64,000 nt of DNA from the human T2T-CHM13v2.0 reference genome, Homo sapiens, in the NCBI RefSeq assembly GCF_009914755.1, contig NC_060941.1. One strand, 5' to 3'. The translations under genes and the position numbers were made by a program. The notes beneath the pieces are model-generated. The model was not told the origin of the DNA. It made no database searches and worked only from the letters and a program-made list of their open reading frames with translations. Shown here piece after piece: positions 42,577 to 56,165 of the stretch (positions within the stretch are counted from its first letter, which is position 1; each line of letters begins with the position of its first letter).

Positions 42577-43419
42577 CCTCCTGTCCCTGCAGCCTCCTTG
42601 GTTGGTGCCGCCTCCCTGGGACAGGTGCTCCTGCGTCCCTGGCAGGGCCAGGATTGGGCTCCAGAGGGCCTGCATCTGCCTGTGCTGCGCTGCCAAGCTC
42701 CGTGGAGGAGCAGTTGCCTAGGTCAGCGTCCTGTGGCCTCACCAGGGGAGACTTGTCTTAGTTGCCAGGATGGGCAGAGAAGAGGGGATGGAGCAGACAC
42801 ACTGTCTGCCGCTGTGGGTGTCAACGGGGGCATTTTAGGTGGATCATGGGGTAGCTATGTGTGGCATAGACACCCACTGATTTGAACGGACATCTAGGTC
42901 TTAATTTCTTGCACGAACTCATTATTTCCCCATCACCCTAATTTGTTCCTGCTGTATGAGGAGCATTCTTCCCACAGGTTCTGAGATGGTTTTATTTTTG
43001 GTGATGGCTGGATTTCCCAGGTTATGCAGCTGTATGTTAGGTGACAGTAAAAGGAAGACTAGGTTGTCCCTGTCCTTAAGGATCACACACACAAAAATAA
43101 GGCCAGGTGTGGTGGCCCATGCCTGTAATCCCAGCACTATGGAAACTGAGGTGGGAGGGTCGCTTGAGGCCAAGAGTTTAAGACCAGCCTGGGTAACATA
43201 GCAAGGCCATGTCTGTACGAGAAATTAAAACAATTTTTTTCCCTCATTTTGCGGGTGGAGTCTGAGGCCTTGGAGGAGGGGTGGCCGGGAGAGTCTCTGA
43301 GCAGCACAACATGGGCTGAGGCAGCGCCCCGCCGGAGCCCACACCCTGGTCCTGCGAGGGATGCAGGAGTGCCTGACCCAAGGAGGGGTACCGCATGAGG
43401 TGGCTGCACAGACAGGAGG
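42577..43419. repeat. Inverted repeat: arm A 42577-42693 / arm B 43301-43419
   Basis: Manual alignment of A with the reverse complement of B gives about 91 identities in ~120 columns; also visible in the ORF track (GTGAPASLAGPG on +, GSGTPASLAGPG on -). Confidence 0.85.
43101..43235 (+). mobile_element. FLAM_C / AluJ left monomer
   Basis: 'ggccaggtgtggtggcccatgcctgtaatcccagcact...gaccagcctgggtaacatagcaagg'. Confidence 0.88.
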
Positions 43420-43582
43420 CAGCTTTTCCTCATCTTACCCGCTGGCTCCCGCGGTCATATACTCCCCGGTCAGTCACAGACACCTCTGACCTCTGATGGG
43501 ACATTCAGTGACACTTCCCTTGTAGCCCTTGGCTTTTCAGTTCCTGAAGGAGCCAGCAGGTAAGATGGGGAAAAGCTGCCTC
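43416..43582. repeat. 34-bp near-perfect inverted repeat with 99-nt spacer
   Basis: gaggcagcttttcctcatcttacccgctggctcc (43416-43449) vs ggagccagcaggtaagatggggaaaagctgcctc (43549-43582): 32/34 Watson-Crick. Confidence 0.93.
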
Positions 43583-44095
43583 TGCTGTCTTCCAAGTGGC
43601 TGTGCATGTTGGCCCATGGATACTTATATCTATGTCACCAGCTGACACCTCTCTTCTTCTGCCTGGCTCGGAAGGTGTTTTGTTTTAGTTTGGTTTGTCT
43701 TTAATAAGGGAGCAGTGACCATTTCAGAGATGGGTGGCTGTAGATCCTCCTCCTGAACCAGCAGAGGCCAACTCCATTCCATCCTGGACCTTTCCCTCCT
43801 CCTTCACTTTCTTCCAGCCTCTCCTCTTGACCTGTGGCTCAGAAGGGCATGTGACAAGTGCTGTCCCCACCTCACTGACCCACTGATTGCTCTTACCAGA
43901 TTTGCTTCTTTGAGCCACTGGGGCAGGGACTGACTGGGCCACATGCACCTGACTGCTGAACTTTGCCAACCTGCTTGTGAGCTGGAGGAGAGCAAGGCAG
44001 GCATGCAGAAGAGGAGGGTTGAGTTGCCACAGCTCAGAGCCCAGTGCTGCCAAAATCATCACTTTGTCATTTGGTACATCAGAAAGTGGTATCTA

Positions 44096-44551
44096 CCTAT
44101 GTTTATCACAGCACAGTTCCCAGTTGCAAAGATATGGAGCCAACCTAAGTGCCCATCAACTGATGAATGGATAAAGAAAATGTGGTATATATGCACTGTG
44201 GAATACTACCCAGCCATAAAAAAGAACAAAATAATGTCTTTTGCAGCAACTTGGATAGAGCTGGAGGCCATTATTCTAAATGAAGTGACTCAGGAATGGA
44301 AAACCAATTATCACATGTTCTCACTTACAAGTGCAAAGGCACACAGAGTGGTTTAATGGACATTAGATGCTCAAAAGGAGGAAAGTGGGGGAGGGTGAAG
44401 GATAAAAAAACTACATATTGGATGCAATATATGCTATTCAGCTAACAGGTGCACTGAAATCTCAGACTTCAGTATGCAATTCATCCATGCAACTGAAAAC
44501 CACTTATACCCCAAAAGCTATTGAAATACAAAAATTATTAAAAACAAAAAA
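44096..44551 (+). mobile_element. L1PB-type 5'-truncated LINE-1 (ORF2 C-terminus plus 3'UTR)
   Basis: Translates 'MFITAQFPVAKIWSQPKCPSTDEWIKKMWYICTVEYYPAIKKNKIMSFAATWIELEAIIL' (L1 ORF2 C-terminus); A-rich tail; TSD agaaagtggtatcta / agaaagtggagtcta. Confidence 0.93.
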
Positions 44552-44809
44552 AGAAAGTGGAGTCTAAAAAAGGGACGTGTTTGAGTCCTGAACACAGAGC
44601 AAATGAGTGTGGGCTGTCTTCTTGCACCGGTTGCCCCCTCGGCCCTGTTAAGAGGCCAAGCCTGGGCACCACTGGGTGTGCAGCGGCTATTCCTCTTTTT
44701 TACCCCCTTTGCTGACCGAGTTGGTGTTGTCATCTCTTCCCTGACCATTTGACCCACCTCCAGCTGGCCACCTCCTTCCTCTGTTCCTCTGCCTGTCCAT
44801 TTACCAGGC

Positions 44810-45165
44810 ACCTACCCAGGGGGATTTTAGGAAAATGTAGATCAGATCAAATTCTTAAGGGGCTCCCATACGGATGCCTGCCGTACCAAGCGTGATGCTT
44901 CAGCATGACTTATGCACAATTTGGGATCTGCCCCGGCCTCATTTTCTGGCGTCTCCTCTTGCTACTCCTGCACACACATCTTAGACTGCGCTCCATGACC
45001 TGTTGTGTTTCCTGAACATTCTTCACTGATTGCTACCTCCTGCCTTTGCATCTGCTGGTCCCTCTGCTGGGAATGCCCACCTGCCTAGTTCAGTGGGGCT
45101 CCCTTTTTTCCTTCAAGCGGCAGCTTAAACCGTGCCTTTTTAGCAAAACATTTCCCGTCACCCCC
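44810..45165 (+). mobile_element. L2 remnant
   Basis: 'ttcctgaaca...cctttgcatctgctggtccctctgctgggaatgcc...ccttcaagcggcagcttaaa'. Confidence 0.65.
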
Positions 45166-45230
45166 ATTAGGTTGTTTGCTGCTGCTGCTTTTGTAGCCTC
45201 TAATGCTTCGTTGCTGTATGGTGCAGGTTA

Positions 45231-45543
45231 CAGACCCTTAGCTACAATTCTCATATCCCCCAAATTTTGAAAGCCAAACTTTTTTTTTTTGTAATTCATC
45301 TGGCTACAAAATCTGAACTGTCTTCAGACACTTGGTAGTATTTCTTGATCCCGCTTAGTGTGGCTATCTGTGGGTTTTGCTTACTCCCAGCGGGTTTGAT
45401 CACAGGTGCTGTTCCAAGCCCTGGGGGAGAGGAGGTGGGTACTGTAGGCTATGTGATACATGACTTATTACCTGTCTGCAAGCAGAAACACCTACATCCA
45501 AACCGATTTGGCCCCAGGGCTTGGGATAAGAGATATAGGTCTG
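45231..45543. mobile_element. Probable ancient Tigger-type non-autonomous element
   Basis: TA|cagacc ... ggtctg|TA termini; 3' part 'tttggccccagggcttgggataagaga' resembles old Tigger elements; family not certain. Confidence 0.5.
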
Positions 45544-45691
45544 TATTTCTTGGTTCAAGTTGGCCTCTTCCTACTAAACTGTAGGGCCTTGGACTATGTC
45601 CTAGTCAATATCTTTGTGTTTCCTTAGAGGCCTCATGATTAACTGGCACTGTGAGAGTAAATACCCAGTGAGACTGTCTTGGTGAATGGAT

Positions 45692-45923
45692 AATAGTAGC
45701 TAACATTTATGAAGCTCTCACTGTGTGTCAGGCTGTGTTCTAAATGCTTTACTTATTTCCGCTCATTTGATCTTAACACTAGCCCTATGAGAAGTTACTT
45801 ATCTTATCCCTGTTTGATAGATGGGAAAACCAAGGCAGCTGCTGCTGAAGTAGCTTGCCTGGGGTCATGTGGCTTGGAAGTGGAGAGGGAGATTTGAATT
45901 CAGGAAGCCTGATTTTAAACCAC
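45692..45923 (-). mobile_element. MIR SINE
   Basis: 'tagctaacatttatgaagctctcactgtgtgtcaggctgtgttctaaatgcttta...gatgggaaaaccaaggc...gatttgaattcagg'. Confidence 0.85.
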
Positions 45924-46203
45924 GGACTAGTAGCAATTGGAAGGACTATACCTTGTCCCACTGCAGTGTTTGTGCCTTCTGGCTGTCACAGTTGGAATAG
46001 AACTGCTCATCTGAGAGTGTTTTTGATAGGGTGATAAAATGACTAGACATGAGAGTTAAGAAGGGAAAAACCTCCCGTGGTTATTGAGTGTTTTACTGAG
46101 TGCCAAATGGAGCTCGGTACTTACAGAAACAGACCATCCACTGGAAGTAATAGCTGTCTTCATGGTCATCTTGTCCAACATCTAAAAAGATGACAAACCA
46201 CAG

Positions 46204-46365
46204 GGCTGGGCACGGTAATCCACCGTAATCCAAGCAACTTGGGAAGCTGAGGCAGGAGGATCACTTGAACCTAGGAGTTTGAGGTTGCAGCAACCTATGA
46301 TTGTGCCACTGCACTCCAGCCTGGGTGACAGAGGGACACCCCATCTCTAAAAAATGAGAAAAAGA
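46204..46365 (+). mobile_element. FRAM (free right Alu monomer) inserted in a MIR
   Basis: 'gaagctgaggcaggaggatcacttgaacctaggagtttgaggttgcag...ccactgcactccagcctgggtgacagag' with A-tail; MIR(-) resumes 'ctgaggcccagagaggtaacgtgactcatctgaggtcacacagc'. Confidence 0.85.
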
Positions 46366-47278
46366 AAAAGTGACAAATCTGAGGCCCAGAGAGGTAACGT
46401 GACTCATCTGAGGTCACACAGCCAGTGTACATCGCAGGGACCCAGATCTAATACAGTGGGTGCCTTTTCTCTTGCTTCAGCAAGGTACCTGGAATGAGTG
46501 CTGAGTCCTGTGGCTTTCAGCCCAGAATTGTGGAAACTCTACCCTTGGTTGGCTATCTTCTTCCAGCTGACCATGTGATTTGTGAATTGGTGTCAGACAA
46601 ACTTTTAGAACACAAGAAGTGTTCTATTCAACACGTCTCTTCTTTGTGGCATCAAGGGATAATGTGGTGTGTGGGGGCCCCAATCCTTTGCTCCTACTCT
46701 CTGAGCTTCGGGTAGACAAAACAGGATTGATTGTGTCTCTTTCACCAGTTAGTGTGATGACTGCTTTCACAATCTTGTCGCAAAAACCAAGCCACTATGG
46801 GATGCCTCCAAGGTCATTGGCTGATGGTGTTGTGCTAGGGAGGCCCTAGTTTGTGAGTAAAGCTGGGATATGAGGGACTTGTAGTTCAGGCTCAGCCTTC
46901 TGTTCAGGGTGAGACATTTGCCCTTGACTGCTTGTGTGTGTGGGAGCCCATTGTCAGGCAGGCCCGTAAATCTGGTCTGAGTTTGATACTTCTTTCCCCC
47001 TCCATCTGGGACAGGTGAGTTGCATTTCCCAGGAGTAGCTCAGATGTTTTTGGCTTCACCCCCTATAATTTAGTATGCAAAGGCACTACTGTTGGGGGGA
47101 GTGGGTAGGGGACACAGATTTCTTTCTTTTTATTAATTTCTTTAACTATCTGTTTATCTCAGCAAGGTTCATGTTCTAATAGCAAAATAACCAGACTCAA
47201 AGGTAACTACTTCTTTATGGCAAAAATCCCAAAATGTGCCTGTATTGGCTTCTGTCCATCTGTCTCTTTGTCCTTCTG

Positions 47279-47473
47279 TTCATCCATCCATCCATCCATC
47301 CATGCATCTACCTAGCCATCCATCCATGTATTCATCTATCCATCCATCCATCCATCCTTCATGCAGCCATCCATCCATGCATCCATTTATCCATCCATCC
47401 ATCCATGCATCCATCCATTCATCCATCCTTCATCCATCAATCCATCCATCCTTCATCCATCAATCCATCCATC
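47279..47473 (+). repeat. (TCCA)n imperfect tetranucleotide repeat
   Basis: ~195 bp of catc/tcca units with variants. Confidence 0.97.
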
Positions 47474-47489
47474 TTGTCCCCCATCTGGT

Positions 47490-47880
47490 GAATTCTTTCT
47501 TTCCTTGTAGGCTTTCTGATGTAAATGTAGACATAACTTTGTATATATTTCTCCTCTTAAAAAATTAGATCACATTATACATTTAGATCACATTATAAAA
47601 TTAGACCCCACTACAGAAAACATGTTGTTTTGTAAGTTGCTCCCAGTGCAGTTTTTGCCGGTTACACACATCAACAGCAACATTTTCAATGGCAGCAGAA
47701 TGCTCCATTGTATAGATATAACCTAATTTAACTAATCCTCTGTGGTTGGACAGCTGTGTGGCTCAGCTTTGCCTGTATAAACAGACAATGAACATCTTTG
47801 AAGAGTCTTTTTTTTTTTTTTAAACCCACTTGTTTGATTATTGCCTGAGGAGACATTCCTCTATATGGAATAGGTGGGTT
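47490..47880 (-). mobile_element. Ancient L1ME-type fragment
   Basis: 'aatggcagcagaatgctccattgtatagatataacctaatttaactaatcctctgtggttggaca...aatgaacatctttg'. Confidence 0.55.
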
Positions 47881-48057
47881 AAAGTTTGTGTGTTTGGTTT
47901 GGGTTGGGTTTGGTGGAGGGGGACTTTGAATACATTTTGGTGGTTTATGTGGCTGAATTTTAGTTGTCTTGCTGATTCCTCAGTCATTAGGTTTTGGGGG
48001 CCCCGATAGGAATATAAATTCATTTTAATATTTGTGAATGATTAAGAAAGTAGATCT

Positions 48058-48140
48058 CTTGGGAGGCTGAGGCAGGAGAATCGCTTAAACCTGGGAGGCG
48101 GAGGTTGCAGTGAGCCAAGATTGTACTCCAGCCTGGGTGA
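48058..48140 (+). mobile_element. Alu right-arm fragment (no tail)
   Basis: 'gggaggctgaggcaggagaatcgcttaaacctgggaggcggaggttgcagtgagccaagattg...ctccagcctgggtga'. Confidence 0.9.
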
Positions 48141-49229
48141 GGGGAGTGGAGACTCTAGCTGGTGTGTGCCCTGAGATGGTATTTGGACAGTAGTACCCAG
48201 TAATGACATAGAAGATGCTGGGATTGTGTGTTGTTTCACTTTGCAAGAATGCATTCCAGGGGTTTATTTGAATTTCTCCCTGCAAAACAGCTCTACATTT
48301 TGTAGAAATAGGATTATTAGAGGAGGTTTTTAGCACCTTCAATTACATTTGGAAAACACTGTATTTCTTTTGGCTTGGTTGTTAAAGACAAGTAAATAAT
48401 TTTTTTAAAAAGGTAAATGGTAATATTTTGCATTCCCAAGAGTGTGTTCTGTCCTTTAAAGTTGCTGTGTTCAACAGTAAATTATTTGATTCCTTCTAAC
48501 AATACCCCTGTGTGGGAGGCATGTATAAACTTCCATTAATGGCAAACAACATGGTAAACCCAAGCTCAGAAATGTGTAATTTCTTACCCCTCTGGGTGGG
48601 CCAGAAACTCATAGTGGGGTTTTACTAGGATGTAACTGTGGGTGTTTGTGTGGGGAGGGTTAGGGGGTGTGTGTCACTGAGGGTATATAGAGGTTTTCTC
48701 AAAGACTTATTTACATGAGTTAGTGAAAAAAGGTTTGTCCTTCTTCTCTCCCTCTTTCCCCGGTGTTTGAGTCCCTTGTGAGGAGCTGATGTGCACGATG
48801 AATTCATCTCAGCCAGCAGGCTGTTTAAAGTATAATCAAATCAGAACCCCTGTTTTCCGAGTTACGTAATTTTGCAGAACGGACACAGAGGCTCCTGGGA
48901 AAAACTGCCTGTCCGCCTGTTAATATTAAGGTCCATTTATAAAATTAGAAGCTATGTTGAACAGATGAATCTGAAATGGAACTTGCCTATTAAAGTTTTT
49001 TGTTTTTGTTTTTGTTTTTTTTTTTTGGTCAGATAGCCTTATTTAACCTTTCTGTGTCTCAGAGGTTGGTGGCCTTTGCCTATGGTGCCTTCATGGAAAA
49101 AGTTCTAAATATAGCTCCTGTTTGTTGTTGAATAATGACTTGCGAGGGCGGATGGTAGAGTTTCCAACTTCTTTAAGTCAGCAAACTGGACAAGAGGGCA
49201 TCTAGTCCGAAGGAAAGCCATGTGCCTGA

Positions 49230-49668
<439 letters not shown>

Positions 49669-49829
49669 TAACTTGTAAAGGGTACCTGCATGATTCAGAT
49701 CCTGTGAAGACTTTTGTCTCTCAGGCGTTCCGCATCCATAGACCCTTGGCCATTATCCTAACAGAGTGTTGAAGTGGGTGGATGGTTTCAAAAAAAACAC
49801 TTGGGTTTCATTCTGTCTGTTTCAAGGAA

Positions 49830-49960
49830 GCATTGTGCAGTGGTAGAACGAGCACCACAGCTGGGGTGGCACCCTGGGGTTCAAGTTTCTAGTGTATGTG
49901 ACCTTGAACAAGACTTCAGTTTCTGTTCTCGGTAAAATGGGGGATTAGATTATATTCCTG
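49830..49960 (+). mobile_element. MIR fragment
   Basis: 'gtgcagtggtagaacgagca...ctggggttcaagt...tgtgaccttgaacaag...cagtttc...gtaaaatggggatt'. Confidence 0.7.
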
Positions 49961-49981
49961 GCCTTGCCCAAAGAGGTTTTA

Positions 49982-50312
<331 letters not shown>

Positions 50313-51145
50313 TAAATTAAATAATGAAACTTCTTGAAGAACTGGCCCAGGACACACTGTCCAGTCTTCTGTGTTTCCACGTGGTTCCTCGATGAACCTG
50401 GAACCCAACGCAGACCTCTTTTTTGAGGCCTCTGAGCTGGGGAGGGGGCAGGGTGAGGGAGTGGGAGCTTGGGTTTTCAGTAACTTCTCTGGAAACTTAA
50501 GTGGAGGAGAGCAGAGATATCAAGAAAGGAAATATGTGAGATGAGTCGGACTGTCACCCTGGTGAGGACCATGGGTGAGCCACGTGAGGGTTGATCATCT
50601 GAATAGCTGCTGTTTTCCTTCTGCCCCTCCTGAGCGAGATCTGAAAGCTTTGAAGACTAGGACACATCTATGCAGTATAGACGTGCATGGAAGCCCCAGC
50701 GGATTCCTGAAGCTGCATTTCATGTGACCGGCATGTGACTGGAGGTGCTTGGCATGTAACCTTCCTTTGTGTTCACCAGCGTCAGTGTTCTGCGTTTCTA
50801 GGGTCTGTCTCAGAACAGTGAAGGCGTATCAGCCACCCCAAGGATCTGCCTGTTTACAGAGAATTTTTTTTAAATATTAAACTTCTCTCTATTTTGTAAG
50901 TTTACACCAGTAAAGCTGGAAGTTACACACAATATGACCCTAGCTCTTTATAGAATTGCTACTCTCGAGTTGCTTTTAGTGTTACAACCTTGATCTTTAA
51001 AATCGTACTCAAAAATATCAGTGATGACATTCATTCACCACCTCATTGTGGTCTCTTAAACTAAATGAGAAAATGGTATGGAAATTTAATAATAGAAAAG
51101 TTTGGTCCTCTCCCAGGCACTGATGAACCTTTCTCCTTTTGATGA

Positions 51146-51508
<363 letters not shown>

Positions 51509-51789
51509 TGAGAGTCCAGTGTGAGAGTCACAATCTGTTGGTCCAGTTATTATTGTATTTATAATACATCCTTTCCATGGACATGATTTTCTGTAATTGT
51601 AATTTTACTGTTGGTTTTATGCTTCTTGTTGTTAGCCATCTCAGAGCCTTTGTGCAAAGAACTGGGTTAAGAATACTTTAAAAACAAACACACAATGAAA
51701 GAGAAAGAGCAAGGATTTCATGCTGTTAGCAAAGCTTTAGAATGTAAAAACTTGCTTCTCTTGAGAGAGAGAAAGAGAGCGAGGCTGAT

Positions 51790-52360
<571 letters not shown>

Positions 52361-52506
52361 GCAAATGACTACTTTTTGGAATTATTTTTCCCCCCTGGAA
52401 AGTTCCCAGTGGCATTTGAGCTCTTCCTCTTCTCTCCCATTCTCCCAGCTCTGACTTTTTTACAGATTAATTCTTAATCTACCAAGCCAACTTTTCCCTG
52501 CTGTGA

Positions 52507-52816
<310 letters not shown>

Positions 52817-53585
52817 TGGTTTGTACCTTTTAAACGTATTATTATTATTATTTTAAATAAGAAAGGGAAAAAAAAAACAAAAAGATTTGCCCTCTAGGAT
52901 CTGCATACTTTTTTTAGAAGATCAAGAAAAAGATGAAGTACTTTCTCTTGTCTCGAGCTACAGTGTGGCATGTCTGGCCCAATCCATCTGTGTGGTTTAG
53001 CAATGAGGGCTTTACCCCAGTTTGTCATCTTGGAAGATGACTTTGCTTCTCCATGCCTTAGTTTCCCTATAGTACCTTGGTGATCCGTTTCACTCCATTG
53101 TTGTCTCCAGGAAAGCATGGTTTCTGTCTCCTCCTGTCCTTCCCCCATCCCCAACCGGGGGCCATTCAGTAGACATTTGCTGAACACACGGATGCGTGGA
53201 GACTGAAGCCTCTGCTTGGCTGCCTTGTGCATTTCTTCGGAGTTTGAAATAAGATAACCAAAGTGAGAGTAGGTTTAGAAAAAGCCCCCTCGAATGGAAG
53301 GGTTTTTGATTCCTGTCTTTTCCCTACTCTTTGATGATGGCAAAATGCTGATAAAATCTGAGGGTTGGATGAAATGAAATAGCCCTTCAGGGTCCTCTGC
53401 CATCTGGGTAGGTGGTGATTAAAAATGGCAAGCCTCACAGCTTCCCTTGGAGAGCTGTCTGAGGCACTGCTGAAGGTGGATGTGCAAAGGGGCTTGGCAT
53501 TAGGGGTTGGCTGAGGACTGGCAGGGCAGCTGGGGAACGCCTCTGAAAGCAACACTCCCCAAGATCTCATTAAAATGCTTCCTCT

Positions 53586-54049
<464 letters not shown>

Positions 54050-54428
54050 TTATGATTTGTTCTTTGTAGTTAATTTAAAATAAGCATAATCTTTGTCTAC
54101 TAGCTGGCTGTCCTGCCAGAATTGCATATATTTATTTTCATGACTATTTTTTTGCACTGACCAGGAATCCGTCAGTGCCAGGAGATTTCTCTCTGGACAT
54201 ATTTTGGCTTTGTTGGTGTCTTCCCGAACCCCAGCCCCCACCATCCCTGTCTGCCATTTCTTTGAGAAGCCAGCAAGTATGAATTGTTAGCTTTTCCTCT
54301 GAAGTGGATAATATAGTAACTGGTGGATGTTCTAGCAGCTGTGCGATGTGCTAGAATCTTAGACCATACCTGCCTTGCAGTCCTCAAGACTGTGACAGAA
54401 GTGAGCTGACCCCCACCTGCCTTTACAC

Positions 54429-54644
54429 CAGCCAGCTCTTAAACGGGCAGGCCAAATCTGGCCCACCACCCATTTTCACAAATAAAGTTTTATTGGAACC
54501 CAGCTACACACATTTGTTTACGTATGGCCTATGGCAGATTTTTTGTTACAACAGCAGAGTCAAGTAGTTTTGACAGAGGTTATAAGGGATGCAAAGCCAA
54601 GTGTTGATTACCTGGCCATTTATAGCAAAGGATGCTGACTCCTG
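54429..54644. mobile_element. MER58A (hAT-Charlie)
   Basis: 'ggccaaatctggcccacc...aaataaagttttattggaacccagc...catttgtttacgtat...cagagtcaagtagttttgacagag...ctggccatttatag...tgctgactcctg'. Confidence 0.88.
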
Positions 54645-54649
54645 ACATA

Positions 54650-55430
54650 CATAATGAGCCTACTGTGTGCCAGGCGCTGTTGTAGGCACTGGGGATGGAG
54701 CAGTGAACTTAACAAAATGCTGAGATGTGTGTATAGTAGTCAATTAGCGATAAGTGCTGTGACTGAATAAAACAGTAAAGGCATGGAGACTGAAACAGGG
54801 TGAAACGGGGAGTGTTATTTTAGGTAGGATTGTCAGACAAGGCCCTTGTGAGTGCTCTTCAGGGACAGTGCTCCAGGTTGGGAGCACAGTGATGGCAAAG
54901 GCCTAGAGGCAGAAGCTGGCATGTGTGAGGAGTAGCAGGGAGGTCCAGGTAGACTATTTGGGGCTAGTGGAAGGAGCTGAGGCTGGACAGACAGGAAGAT
55001 CAGATCCTGTAAGACTCTCATAAGGACTTGGGCATTTATTCGGTGTGCAAGGGGAAGCCACAGTGGGGTTCTGAGCAGAGAGGACTTCAGAGCAGAGTTT
55101 GACAAGAGAGGACTTCTGTGTAGGAGGCCCACCAGTTACTGCATGGCATAGAAACAGCAGAGGGCACGGGTAACGGTGAAGAGGGCAGGTGGGAGCTGCT
55201 GCACTTATCCAAGGGCCAGGGTGGTGGTGAGGACGGTGGTGAGAAGTGGTTAGATTCCAGCTATGTCTTGAAGGTTGAGCTATGGGATCTGCTGAAGACT
55301 GGGATGTAGGAAGTTCTGGGAAAGGACTATTAAGAGTAAGGCCAAGGCTTTTGGCCTGAGCAAATAAAAGCCTTTTCCTATGATGGGAGAAGACTGTGAG
55401 GAATAGCTTTGGAGGTGAAAGTCAGCGTTT
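54650..55430 (-). mobile_element. L2a-type LINE
   Basis: 'tgagcctactgtgtgccaggcgctgttgtaggcactggggat...gcaaaggcctagaggcag...taaggacttgggcatttattc...gagaagtggttagattcc...ttttggcctgagcaa'. Confidence 0.85.
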
Positions 55431-55843
55431 GGAAACCTTTCCACATTCCCAGTTTTCTTCTTCTCTTACTCGTTTTCTTTGGGAAAGAGTTGGAGGAATG
55501 ACTCCATCTACTTTACTGCTTCTTTTTTCGGGGTAATACAGGACTTGAATAGTAGTTAAATCACCTGTGTTACCAATGGTCTTTAAACCAAAACTGCATT
55601 ACTCAATCAGGAAATATATACAGGTAACCTGCCTTTCCTTCATTCTGAGACTTATTTCTTGTTCATAATGCTTGTGAAATCTGAATGCATTTAAATAATG
55701 TACATATTTAATATGATGGCATTTCATTCTTGAAAAAGGTGTTATTAATTGGTGTTGCATCTTATGGTTGTTATAACATACAGTAATTAAAGAAATATTA
55801 TAGGCATTATATATTGAGCTCTTGCGTGCGAGGAACTAAAATG

Positions 55844-56165
55844 TGTGTTATTTGCCTACTGCCGCGTAACAAATTACCCCAGAATTTAGCAACTTAAAAT
55901 AGCAAACGTTTATCATCTCACGGTGTCTGAGGGTCAGGAATCTGGAGTGGGCTTATTAGCTGGGTGGTTCCACTCAGGGTCTCTCATGTGGTTGAAGTTA
56001 AGCAGCTGTTCTGGGCTGCAGTCATCTGAAGACATGGCCAAGCAGGAGCTTCGCCTTCCGGGATCCCTTGCAGGGTTGTTTGCTGGAGGTCTCGGCCACT
56101 CTCCATGTGGGGCCCTCCAGAGGCTACCTGTGTCTGCACAGTGTTGTCATTGTCTCCTCCAGAGC
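55844..56165 (-). mobile_element. MLT1F-like LTR fragment (ERVL-MaLR)
   Basis: 'tgccgcgtaacaaattaccccagaatttagcaacttaaaa...gggtcaggaatctggagtgggc...ctcagggtctctcatg...gggctgcagtcatctgaag'. Confidence 0.85.

Noticed and set aside
42322-42885. Several overlapping 62-162 aa ORFs
   Set aside because: GC-rich, stop-poor sequence; no recognisable domain or exon boundaries
43943-44356. 137-aa ORF with a protein-like C-terminal half
   Set aside because: It is the L1 ORF2 C-terminus of a truncated L1PB fused by chance to flanking sequence
47234-47568. His/Pro/Ser/Ile-rich ORFs
   Set aside because: Translation of the (TCCA)n repeat
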